This document shows, piece by piece, positions 50,011 through 59,783 of a stretch of 64,000 nucleotides of DNA (the stretch's first letter is position 1; every line of letters begins with the position of its first letter). A model generated the notes under the pieces. The model saw nothing but the letters and a program-made list of their open reading frames with translations, had not been told where the DNA came from and did not search any database. The position numbers were made by a program, and so were the translations under genes. This DNA is from a virus (lineage: Duplodnaviria > Caudoviricetes), in the IMG/VR virus record IMGVR_UViG_3300021255_000083, positions 144,729 to 208,728 of that record, one strand, 5' to 3'.

Positions 50011-50670
50011 TTAACTTAATATATCAGCTACAAGTGTTTCTGATTGTTGATATTCTGCTGGTGATAAAGTATCTTCTTCTTTTACTAACTTTTTCATTGA
50101 TGTCTCCTTTATATAATATGTTATCGTACCACTATTTATAACTTTTACAATCTCACCATCTGATATATTCAGTATATCTTCATTCATTTCTGTCTCAGTT
50201 GCATATTCTTTTATTACATATCCTTCATAAGTTCCTGTGATGCCTAATATTGTTTCACCTTGTTTTATTTTATCTGCCGTCAAACTAATATCTCTTGCTA
50301 AATAATCTTTTCTAATACCCAATTCAACAGGAGAACCTTGTGTCATTATTATTTTTTCTGACATAGTTGTAGCAAGTTTTATATAATTACCACTTTCTGT
50401 GGCAGAAGTTGGATTTGCTTCAATAGATGTTCCTAACGATAATATGCCTTCTATTTTCTGTCCGTTGACATATGCAGTTTTACCAATTTCTATATTATTA
50501 ACTGTAGCATCAGCATCACGTGTATCAATTAAATTATTTATTTCATCAGCATATACGCTAAATGGTGTACCATCATCTATATCTTGACCTTTATTTATTA
50601 AAGTTTGTTTTATTTCAGATTTAGTATTTTCCAATAAAGCTAATTGTTCATTAATTGTATCTATATTCAT
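50011..50670 (-). CDS. Tail-fibre-associated protein
   Basis: EIKQTLINKGQ...DADATV..I..GKTAYVNG. Confidence 0.7.
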   Translation of the reverse strand: MNIDTINEQLALLENTKSEIKQTLINKGQDIDDGTPFSVYADEINNLIDTRDADATVNNIEIGKTAYVNGQKIEGILSLGTSIEANPTSATESGNYIKLATTMSEKIIMTQGSPVELGIRKDYLARDISLTADKIKQGETILGITGTYEGYVIKEYATETEMNEDILNISDGEIVKVINSGTITYYIKETSMKKLVKEEDTLSPAEYQQSETLVADILS

Positions 50671-50767
50671 AACCGTTATATTCCTCCTTTAATTCACTCT
50701 TACATCGATATTTTACATAAACAGAGAGGAAGCTTATAATATATCTAAACTCCTCATATATTATATG

Positions 50768-53321
50768 TTATACAGTAGCATCAATATATCCTTTTTGATT
50801 TAATATCGCTAATGCATCAGCTGAGAACTTATTAACACTTAATCCTATATTTAATAAATATTGATTTGTTAATTGATTTGCATTTGGTAATCCATTTGCT
50901 ATATTTTCATAACTTGCTGAAGTTAAATTACTACATTGCAAGAATGTATTAACCATATTTGTAGCATTAACAAAATTAAGTTCAGGAATATTTTCCAAAG
51001 TTCTATCATATCTAAACATACTTGATGCATCTCTTACATTTGACATATCAAAATTAGGTATATCGGTAAAGTTAGCATTATCACAATTAGAGAACATATA
51101 TGCTGTATTAGTTACATTTATAGTATTATAATTTGGTATCTTATATCCAATATTACTATTATAGAACATATAAGACATATTCATAACCTTACTTGTGTTA
51201 AAGTTTACAAAATATGGATATGATGGCATTTTTTGTTCCTCCCCATCTACAGTAGGTATAGTTATTCTACATCTGCAAAACATAAAAGACATATCAGTTA
51301 CTTCCGATGTTAATTCATAATCCATATCCAAATATTCTAAACTCGAAGATGCCCCTCCACCTACACTAAAGCAGTTATACATATTTGTTGGTTTATTATG
51401 TATTGTCATATTTTTAAAATTCATATTAACACCATATAGTCCATATGTTAATGAATTAAATCTAATACTGTTTATTTCTGCACCTACTAAATTAAGGTTT
51501 GCTACTTGTACACCACTATCGAATGATAAATTAGGTGCATATAAATTTGATGCATATATTGCATTAATTCCTACCCCAAATGTTTCGATTTTACTTAAAT
51601 TATTTAATTTAGCATTAGTTAAAACAAATGGTCTTGTTCCAAAACTATTATTTGGGAAGAATGAACTATTAAATGTTGTAACATTTGGCATAAAAGCCCC
51701 ACTTAAATTTATTTCAGTAAGTTTTGGACATCTAGAAAATACTCCATAAAGTGTTCCATTTACATTAGGTAAATTCCAAAATGTATTAGGAACATTAGTA
51801 ATACCTGATGAATAGAACATATTATTAATTGTCCCAACATTTATTGTATTTAACGTCATTGGAAGCATTGTTGTTATGTTTGTACATCCAAAATACATAT
51901 TTTCCATAGAGCGAACATTAGATGTATTTCCTTTAAAACCTTTAATACCATAAACTGTGCTATTAGTTGAATTAAGTGTTTTACAATTTCTAAACATATT
52001 AGCCAAAGACTTAACAGATGTTATATTTATAACATTAAACCCACTTAAACTTTTGCACTCTGCAAACATATTAGTTAAATATTCAACATTTCCACTGTTT
52101 AAATTTATATTTACACCAACAAGACTTGTGCATCCTGCAAACATACTTGATGCATCCTGTATTTTACTGATATTATTCATAATATTTAAAGTGATTAATG
52201 ATGTACAATCAGCAAACATATTTGAAGCATTTATCAAGTTACACATATTTAAACCAAATGATGAAGATGAAGCTGCAAATGAATTAAGCGATTTACAATT
52301 TCTAAACATATTAGTAGCATTTGTAACTTTAGATGCATCTTTATTATTAAATCCATACAATCCAACAACTTCTTTACAATTATCAAACATACCAGACATA
52401 TTTGTAACATTTGATACATTCCAATTTATAAAATTAGGTTGTTGCACAGCTGAATTGTGCTCAAATAGAAGCTTACAATTTCTAAACATACCAGACATAT
52501 TTGTAACATTTAATACATTCCAATTACTAAAGATTTGGTAATTAGCAAATTGAAGTTTTCTACAATTATCAAACATATTTGACATATTTGTAACATTTGA
52601 TACATCCCAATTAGATATACCATTAATACAAACTAAATTATTACATCCATAAAACATTTGTGACATATTATTAACAATAGATGTATTCCAATTAGATACA
52701 TTATCAATATATTTTAGATTATACATATTCCAAAACATATTCCAGAATGTTGTAACATTTTGCATATTTAGATAATTAATAATGTGCTCATTAGCTAGAA
52801 CAGACCTAACTGTTCCTATACCGACCATATTAGTGGTATCTATTGTATTATATAAATCTGAATATTTATTTAATGTATTTCTAATATCATTAAAATTGCT
52901 ACTATTATAATACTTCATAGCATTAAACGTACCCACAGAACTACCATTAGCTCCAAAATAAGGTACAGCCATTACATCATCATCTGTTGCTAAATATTGT
53001 GTTGGTGCTGGAGACCAATTATTATTTACAGCACTATATTGGTATATCCCATCAAATGTACCACTTGTACTACTTGTTTGTTCATATATAATACTTAAAT
53101 CTTCATCTTTTAAGCCTTTATTATCGTGTATCATCTCATCTGAATTATTATATAATTTAGCTCCTGTAGTTATATCCTCTATATTATCTACATAACTTCT
53201 AAACGATTGGTCTGACGATATTATTTGACCGTTTATCTTCAAGTGCTCTTTTTATTTCTTCTTTGGTTGCTTCTAGATAATTAAGTTGATTATAAATCGT
53301 ATTTATATCAATTGCACTCAT
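50768..53321 (-). CDS. DUF285/BspA-like repeat protein, 850 aa, needing a +1 shift at CGGT 53228-53231
   Basis: GAGGAG-ATG at 53321; EEIKRALEDK-G-QIIS matches paralog EIKQTLINKGQDID; 2554 nt = 851 codons + 1. Confidence 0.85.
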
Positions 53322-53426
53322 ATTACACACTCCTCTACAATTATTCTATTAATATTTTACAAAAAATAAAAGAGCCTCATATTTAAGGCTCTTAATATAT
53401 AAAATTAAACTCAAATAACATATACA

Positions 53427-53825
53427 TTATTGGTCAATACCAATAGCTACTGATGATATGGTTATATCATTTGAAGGGATAACAGTTAATGTAACTGTTT
53501 GAGATGGAAACCCTCGTGTTGCACCAATTATTGTATTAAACGATGCATTAACAACTTCCGTTGCTGTGACATTTGTCATAATTACGGCATCAGGAATAGC
53601 TACACCATCAGCATATAGCTGTATTGTTACTGGTTGAGTTGTAGGAGCTACTGCGGTTGTAAATGCTATATCTAAATTGACTTCATAAAAACCTGCTCTA
53701 CGTAATATTATTGCACTAGCACCAGATGTATGTCCAACATTGTTACCTACATCAAACTTATCCGTATTAAACGGTATAGCGTTACCAGCACTTACTTCTA
53801 TGTTTTTAGAATAAGCTCTCAACAT
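53427..53825 (-). CDS. Beta-sandwich protein, BclA-CTD/TNF-like
   Basis: AIPFN...AGFYEV...QLYADG pattern. Confidence 0.5.
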   Translation of the reverse strand: MLRAYSKNIEVSAGNAIPFNTDKFDVGNNVGHTSGASAIILRRAGFYEVNLDIAFTTAVAPTTQPVTIQLYADGVAIPDAVIMTNVTATEVVNASFNTIIGATRGFPSQTVTLTVIPSNDITISSVAIGIDQ

Positions 53826-53841
53826 AGTATATCACTCCTTC

Positions 53842-54612
53842 CTATACAACACCTGATACACCATATCCATAACCATAAGCACCAGCATATGGATAATATG
53901 ATTGATATGGAGAGGCTGTTATATATGCAGGTTGAGGGAATGGTCTTAATGTGTTTGTTAAATTAGCTGTTTGGTCTATTTGTGAGATTTGGAACCTTGC
54001 TGTTTGAAGTTCTCTATCTCTGTCAGCTAACCTATCTCTCAAATTAGCAATTTCATTCTCACACAATTTATCTAATATTTTTTGCGTATTAGCTTGTCCT
54101 TCTTCACGAAGTGTGCAACAACAATTTGCTAATTGCATTTGAGATTGTAGAGCATTATTGCTCATTTGCATTTGGTTTTCAAGTGCATATCTACTTACTT
54201 GCATTTGTCCCTCTAATGCATTATTAGATAATTGCATTTGAGTTCTTAAATTGTCGTTAGACATTTGTGCTTGTAATTGATTTGTTTGAATGGCATTATT
54301 GTATCTATTTTCTAATGTTTCTTTTGCATTAGCAAAAGATGTTTCTAACACATCTCTATTAGTTTGATTAATTGCTTCATTGTTATGCATTGTTAGGAAT
54401 TTATCATTTTGGTTACTAAATTGATTAGCTACAAAATCAGTTGTGGCTGTATTATTGTTTCCAAATCCGAAACCATTACCACCAAACATTCCTGCAATTA
54501 TGAAGAAAATTATTATCCACCAGAAATAACCTCCTCCCATAACATCATTGCAATTATTGTTATTCATTAGAGCCAATACATCTGCCGCAGTTAAACCAGA
54601 ACCATTTTCCAT
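53842..54612 (-). CDS. Membrane-anchored coiled-coil protein of a four-gene cassette seen in Clostridial (pro)phages
   Basis: LTAADVLAL, WWIIIFFII..MFGGNGFG, QLANCCC, PFPQPAYIT. Confidence 0.7.
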   Translation of the reverse strand: MENGSGLTAADVLALMNNNNCNDVMGGGYFWWIIIFFIIAGMFGGNGFGFGNNNTATTDFVANQFSNQNDKFLTMHNNEAINQTNRDVLETSFANAKETLENRYNNAIQTNQLQAQMSNDNLRTQMQLSNNALEGQMQVSRYALENQMQMSNNALQSQMQLANCCCTLREEGQANTQKILDKLCENEIANLRDRLADRDRELQTARFQISQIDQTANLTNTLRPFPQPAYITASPYQSYYPYAGAYGYGYGVSGVV

Positions 54613-54657
54613 AGTATCTGTTCCTCCTTTCTTTAATTTTATTTATTTTAATTGCAA

Positions 54658-54876
54658 TTAAAATCTATGTTGATTAACCATCTGTTGTAACTGTTGTTTA
54701 GTTATTCCATTTTGGTTACACCAATCTGCTATTTTTTGAGCTCTTTCTTCATCATTATTACTATTCATTAAAGATGAAAATGATGCTCTTAAATTTTGAT
54801 TTGGTAACATTCCAAGTACCATTGACATAGGATTACTACTTGCTTTTAATTGTCCTATAAAATTTTGTAAATCCAT
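54658..54876 (-). CDS. Small hypothetical protein of the same cassette
   Basis: ORF track; SD. Confidence 0.7.
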   Translation of the reverse strand: MDLQNFIGQLKASSNPMSMVLGMLPNQNLRASFSSLMNSNNDEERAQKIADWCNQNGITKQQLQQMVNQHRF

Positions 54877-54891
54877 CTAATATCAACTCCC

Positions 54892-55416
54892 TTATTTTCC
54901 AAATTTTAATTTTCCATTTTTCTTTGTTGTACCTGAGTTGTTCATATTACTGTCACTAAAATCAGTTGAATTTTCTGCATTTACTGTTGTAGTTGTATTC
55001 GTTGTTGTATATGTATTATTTATAGTATCTGCTGTCATATCTGGATATTGTTGTGGTTGCTGATTTGCATATACATTATTCATTTTAGTTTCCATTTCTC
55101 TTAACTTACGTTCAAGATTTTCTATTTTTAAATCCTTCTCATCTTTTGGTAATATTATATAATACTCCTTTAATTCACCATCAGGTTCTTTTATTGATAA
55201 TTTACCATTTTTTAAATCTATAAATGCTGTCTTATTTTGTACATAAATATCTGATGGATTTTCTGTTGTAAATCTTGCCTCAAAAATTGGTTGTGTTGTT
55301 GCAGGCGTATTGATTATATTATTTATTGGTTGAGGCATAGCTTGATAATTAGCTTTTAATCTTTGTAAATCTTCTATTTGTCTATCAATACGACTTAATT
55401 CTACTGGATTATACAT
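54892..55416 (-). CDS. Hypothetical protein, first gene of the cassette
   Basis: ORF track; preceded by a 16-bp inverted repeat. Confidence 0.7.
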   Translation of the reverse strand: MYNPVELSRIDRQIEDLQRLKANYQAMPQPINNIINTPATTQPIFEARFTTENPSDIYVQNKTAFIDLKNGKLSIKEPDGELKEYYIILPKDEKDLKIENLERKLREMETKMNNVYANQQPQQYPDMTADTINNTYTTTNTTTTVNAENSTDFSDSNMNNSGTTKKNGKLKFGK

Positions 55417-55433
55417 AATATAATTCCCCCTAT

Positions 55434-55470
55434 CTATATACTTGTTATATTTATTATAACAAGTATATAG
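55434..55470. repeat. Perfect 16-bp inverted repeat
   Basis: CTATATACTTGTTATA-tttat-TATAACAAGTATATAG. Confidence 0.8.
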
Positions 55471-55533
55471 TTTTAATGTCAGTCTGAGTATTTAAAATTT
55501 TTATAATTTTTATTCAGACCTTTTTAACAATTT

Positions 55534-55564
55534 AAAAAGAGTACCTGTTATGGTACTCTTTTTT
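55534..55564. terminator. Bidirectional intrinsic terminator
   Basis: AAAAAGAGTACC-tgttat-GGTACTCTTTTTT. Confidence 0.75.
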
Positions 55565-55574
55565 CATTATTTAG

Positions 55575-56147
55575 TTATATTCCACAATATAATCTTAATG
55601 CGAATGCTACTCTATCTAAATGTTCAACAATTCTCGGACTGTCTAAATCTAACAACTCAGATATTTCTGAGAAAGTTCTGTTTTCTTTAAATCTATATTT
55701 ATAGATTAAATACTCTAAATTATCTCTGTCTTTAAGTTTAGTTTCAAATTCAATTAATTTATCATCAAACTCATTATATTTAATAAAATCTTTTATATCT
55801 TGGTATTTACTAGTTTCACCATTATTATTCCATAAATACATATCATTTATATTTGACCTACCTGTCATTATAAATGCACTAAATACAGCAAAAACTATTG
55901 ATATTTTCAAATCTATTCCTAATAACACAAATAAACTTAGCATAATCAGTGCACTCCAAACTAAACAACGATACCAAGTCTTAAAGTGTAACGCCCTACC
56001 AAAAAATCCTCTACTTATCATAAAGGTTAACATTACCATTAAAATATATGAGATGGGCAGGTCTAAAGCCTTGCCCATCAGGAAAATAACTACTGTCTCA
56101 CCTATATTAAAGATAAGACTTGGTAAATTTTTCTTTAACCATTCCAT
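55575..56147 (-). CDS. AgrB-like membrane peptidase domain fused to a sigma-region-4-like HTH
   Basis: TM helices with R..FGRALHFKTWYRC (AgrB-type His/Cys spacing); C-terminal YRFKENRTFSEISELL. Confidence 0.6.
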   Translation of the reverse strand: MEWLKKNLPSLIFNIGETVVIFLMGKALDLPISYILMVMLTFMISRGFFGRALHFKTWYRCLVWSALIMLSLFVLLGIDLKISIVFAVFSAFIMTGRSNINDMYLWNNNGETSKYQDIKDFIKYNEFDDKLIEFETKLKDRDNLEYLIYKYRFKENRTFSEISELLDLDSPRIVEHLDRVAFALRLYCGI

Positions 56148-56149
56148 AA

Positions 56150-56197
56150 TTACTCTCCCTCTTCTACATCAAATATAAAAAACCAGCTGTTCCACAT
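56150..56197 (-). CDS. Putative AgrD-like propeptide, MWNSWFFIFDVEEGE
   Basis: GAGGTG SD; Ser plus aromatic core plus acidic tail; directly upstream of the AgrB-like gene. Confidence 0.5.
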   Translation of the reverse strand: MWNSWFFIFDVEEGE

Positions 56198-56207
56198 ACT
56201 AATCACC

Positions 56208-56765
56208 TCACTTTACAATATTTTTATATATGCAATATAGCATAGCCAAATTTATAAAGTAAAACATAAAATTGAACAAAACTAAATTAATACATCTAAA
56301 TGTTGTAGATTTCATTATTTTCTTTACCTTATCATTTCTATTCCATAGTAGCTTATATATCTTCTGTATATTAAATAATTTATTTCTAAATATGTATAAA
56401 AACATAAATAGTAATATGTGATTTATCGCAACATATACAATATAATTTTGTACTAATTGATACAAAGTGAAATACAATACAAAATTAAATAAAATCATTA
56501 TAATACTCGCTATACCTAATGTAAACACATCTGTTATTTGTGACTTATCTTTATATAATAATTTCAGTAATAAATACATTAAGATAAAATATAATATATG
56601 CGACCACACATTAAATGGAAGTGCATATAATAATATTATATATTCTATTGTGGAAATTACTACAAATAATATTCTTTTTGTTTTTAGTTGTTTTGTTAGT
56701 ATCATAAATAATGCAAAATATATTGCCTCAGGTAATTGACCTAATAATAATTCTGCTAAATTCAT
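56208..56765 (-). CDS. Polytopic membrane protein resembling an AgrC sensor membrane domain, without a kinase domain
   Basis: Several TM helices; likely start MNLAEL; downstream of the promoter at 56790-56818. Confidence 0.5.
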   Translation of the reverse strand: MNLAELLLGQLPEAIYFALFMILTKQLKTKRILFVVISTIEYIILLYALPFNVWSHILYFILMYLLLKLLYKDKSQITDVFTLGIASIIMILFNFVLYFTLYQLVQNYIVYVAINHILLFMFLYIFRNKLFNIQKIYKLLWNRNDKVKKIMKSTTFRCINLVLFNFMFYFINLAMLYCIYKNIVK

Positions 56766-56789
56766 AAATTCTATCTCCCCTCTGAAGGT

Positions 56790-56818
56790 ATAATAACACA
56801 AATTTTAATAAATGTAAA
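56790..56818 (-). promoter_or_regulatory. Sigma-A-type promoter of the agr-like cassette
   Basis: TTTACA-17-TATTAT, extended TG. Confidence 0.65.
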
Positions 56819-56876
56819 TAAGTCCGACTGTAAATTTTTTTAAAATTTAAAGAGAGGTATATAAACCTCTCTATTA

Positions 56877-57965
56877 TTAGTAACTCCAACCTGCTGCATC
56901 CAGCTCAGCCCAACGATTTTGATAACGAGTATTAGCAATATTTGTAAGATAAAAAATACTTCCCTGTTTAGAATTAGACAAACTTCTTACAGTAACCGAT
57001 TTCTGATTTATAAAAGAATTGATTATATTTTGAATACTTGCATCACTTAAATTATTGCAAGACTGAAACATATCTTCAATAACTAATCTTTTATTTGAAA
57101 ATTTAAACTCTGGCACATCTACTAAATTAGTACAATTATAAAACATTTGATGCACATATTCAACATTATTAAAGTTAAGATTAGGTGCACTTGTTAAATT
57201 AGAACAATCACCAAACATTTGTGTAAAACTAAATACATTCCCTGTATCAAAATTGGAAATATTTGATATAGCACTGCTAGATAAATTAGAACAACCTGAA
57301 AACATTGAATTCATTTGTCTTACATTTGATGTGTCGTATAATGGTATATCTGTTAAATTAGAGCAACCCGCAAATAAATATACAGTTGAGGTTACACTAC
57401 TCATATTAAAATAAGGCACTGATGCTAAGTTCCAACAACCAAAGAACATATAATCAACTGTTGATATGTTATTTGCACTAAAACTAGGTACTGACCTTAT
57501 TTTTGAACACCACGTAAAAGCACCCTTAAGATATATAGCGTTATCAGTATTAAAGTTGGGAACGGAAGTCAAATTCAGACAGCTGTAAAACATATTTGAC
57601 ATATTTATAACATTACTTGTATCAAAATTTGGTACACTTGTTAAATTATTACAATATTGAAACATAAAAGACATATCTCTTACACTAGAAGTATTAAAGT
57701 TAGATACCGAGGTCAAATTATTACAAGATTGGAACATTTCACTCATTGTGAGAGCTCGACTTGTTAAATTTGATGATATATTTATCGTTTTAACATTGGG
57801 GTTATACGCAAATACTGAATTAAGTATAACTATAGTACCCTCTCTTCCAGTATCAACCACATTAATTGAGGTTGGTTTATAATTATCCACTATATTTCTT
57901 AAATTAGAACGTAAATTACTTCCATCTACATCATAATTTCCTTTTGATATATTTTTCCAAGACAT
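56877..57965 (-). CDS. DUF285/BspA-like repeat protein
   Basis: MFxxCxNLTSVPNF repeats; C-terminus shared with 46433..47811; likely start MSWKN. Confidence 0.85.
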   Translation of the reverse strand: MSWKNISKGNYDVDGSNLRSNLRNIVDNYKPTSINVVDTGREGTIVILNSVFAYNPNVKTINISSNLTSRALTMSEMFQSCNNLTSVSNFNTSSVRDMSFMFQYCNNLTSVPNFDTSNVINMSNMFYSCLNLTSVPNFNTDNAIYLKGAFTWCSKIRSVPSFSANNISTVDYMFFGCWNLASVPYFNMSSVTSTVYLFAGCSNLTDIPLYDTSNVRQMNSMFSGCSNLSSSAISNISNFDTGNVFSFTQMFGDCSNLTSAPNLNFNNVEYVHQMFYNCTNLVDVPEFKFSNKRLVIEDMFQSCNNLSDASIQNIINSFINQKSVTVRSLSNSKQGSIFYLTNIANTRYQNRWAELDAAGWSY

Positions 57966-57980
57966 AAAATTCACCTTTCT

Positions 57981-59765
57981 TTATACATAATATATATTCC
58001 AATAAGTTGACACATTAGATGTATTTATAATATATGGAATTGCTTCGATATAACCTTTATTACCTAAAATTTTCTTTTGTTCTAAAGTAAAATTTTCTAT
58101 ATTTAAACCTATATTTAATAAATAATAGTTAGATAAATTAGCAGCTAATGGTAAACTGTTAGCAATATTTGCATAACTATTTGCTGATAAATTAGAACAG
58201 TAGCTAAACATCTCGCTCATACTAGTAACATTATTTGTATTAAATTCAGAAACTGTAATTAAATTTAAACAGTTCCTAAACATACAGCACATATCAGTTA
58301 CTTTAGACGTATTTAAAGTAGGTGCATTAACTAAATTATTGCAGAAAGCAAACATATAATACATCGAAACGACATTAGACGTATCAAAATTTGGTACATT
58401 TTTTAAATTAGAACAAGAACCCAGCATATTACCCATATTAGTAACTTTAGATGTATTAAAATTAGGTACACTTGTTAAATTAGAACAATCATCAAACATA
58501 TAAACCATACTCGTTACATTTGATGTATCAAAATTTGGTACATTTGTTAAATTATGACAACTATAAAACATATAAACCATACTCGTTACATTTGATGTAT
58601 CAAAATTTGGCACTGTTGCTAAGTTATAGTCATATTGAAACATACCATACATACTTACAACGTTACTAGTATCGAGATTGGGTATTATATTTAGATTATA
58701 ACAACTATCAAACATAGCCACCATATCAGTAACATTAGATGTATCAAAATTTGGTATAGTATTTAAATTTTGACAATACTCAAACATACTACTCATACTA
58801 GTAACATTAGATGTATCAAAATTTGGTACTGTCATTAAATTATTACACTCTTCAAACATATAACTCATATCAATAACATTTGATGTATCCATATTAGGCA
58901 CTATAGTAAGGTTAGATAAGCCAAAAAATAAATTAGAAATATTTGTAACAGTAGGATATAACCTTAAACTACTTAAATTACTATAAATACTTACTCTATC
59001 TTTCAGCTGTTGTAAATTAAGATTAGTTGTTTGACTTAAGGTTCCATTCTGTATTCTATTAGTTCCATAAAATTTACCACTCCATACATTTTCTATATTA
59101 GCTGTTAATCCGGTGTCAGATAACATATTAAAATTACTTCCATTGTATTTAAATACCCCATCAAATACAGTTAAGCCTGAAATAATAAATTTACCAATAG
59201 CACTATTCCATTCAAAATCTCCCCATCTACTACCAAATTTTATTACTAATCCAAAATCCACTTCATTTCCAGAAATATCTTCATCATTCTTCATAAATCT
59301 AGTTCTATTATAAGTTATTCCATCTTGACTTTCATATTGTATTCTTATATCTCCATCATCTGTATAACAATCCATCCTAAAATAATCACTATCTAAATTA
59401 CCCCAACAATCAAACATTACACTTTCATCTAATGCTTGAAATCCTACTTCTACATAGTCTGATAAGGCTTCATCTAATACTACTGTCTGTGGAAATGTTG
59501 CTACTTGAAATTCTGTAGTAGCTGTAATAGGTGCTTGTGTACTAGCGTATACTACTGCTAAATCATCTGTATGTGCATTAGATATATCTGCATACATATT
59601 TTCTAAACTATCATATTGTTTAACACCATTACCACCACTTACTATATTTTCTATAGAAGCTGGATAACTTGCAAAATTTGTTACATTTTGACCTTTAGTT
59701 TCTATTGCACTTTTTATAGTTTGTTTTATTGTATTTATTGTATTTAAATCATTTACTAAAGACAT
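57981..59765 (-). CDS. DUF285/BspA-like repeat protein
   Basis: PNFDTSNVTSM repeats; uninterrupted SAIETKGQNVTNFASYP N-terminus. Confidence 0.88.
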   Translation of the reverse strand: MSLVNDLNTINTIKQTIKSAIETKGQNVTNFASYPASIENIVSGGNGVKQYDSLENMYADISNAHTDDLAVVYASTQAPITATTEFQVATFPQTVVLDEALSDYVEVGFQALDESVMFDCWGNLDSDYFRMDCYTDDGDIRIQYESQDGITYNRTRFMKNDEDISGNEVDFGLVIKFGSRWGDFEWNSAIGKFIISGLTVFDGVFKYNGSNFNMLSDTGLTANIENVWSGKFYGTNRIQNGTLSQTTNLNLQQLKDRVSIYSNLSSLRLYPTVTNISNLFFGLSNLTIVPNMDTSNVIDMSYMFEECNNLMTVPNFDTSNVTSMSSMFEYCQNLNTIPNFDTSNVTDMVAMFDSCYNLNIIPNLDTSNVVSMYGMFQYDYNLATVPNFDTSNVTSMVYMFYSCHNLTNVPNFDTSNVTSMVYMFDDCSNLTSVPNFNTSKVTNMGNMLGSCSNLKNVPNFDTSNVVSMYYMFAFCNNLVNAPTLNTSKVTDMCCMFRNCLNLITVSEFNTNNVTSMSEMFSYCSNLSANSYANIANSLPLAANLSNYYLLNIGLNIENFTLEQKKILGNKGYIEAIPYIINTSNVSTYWNIYYV

Positions 59766-59783
59766 TTATATATTCTCCTTTCA

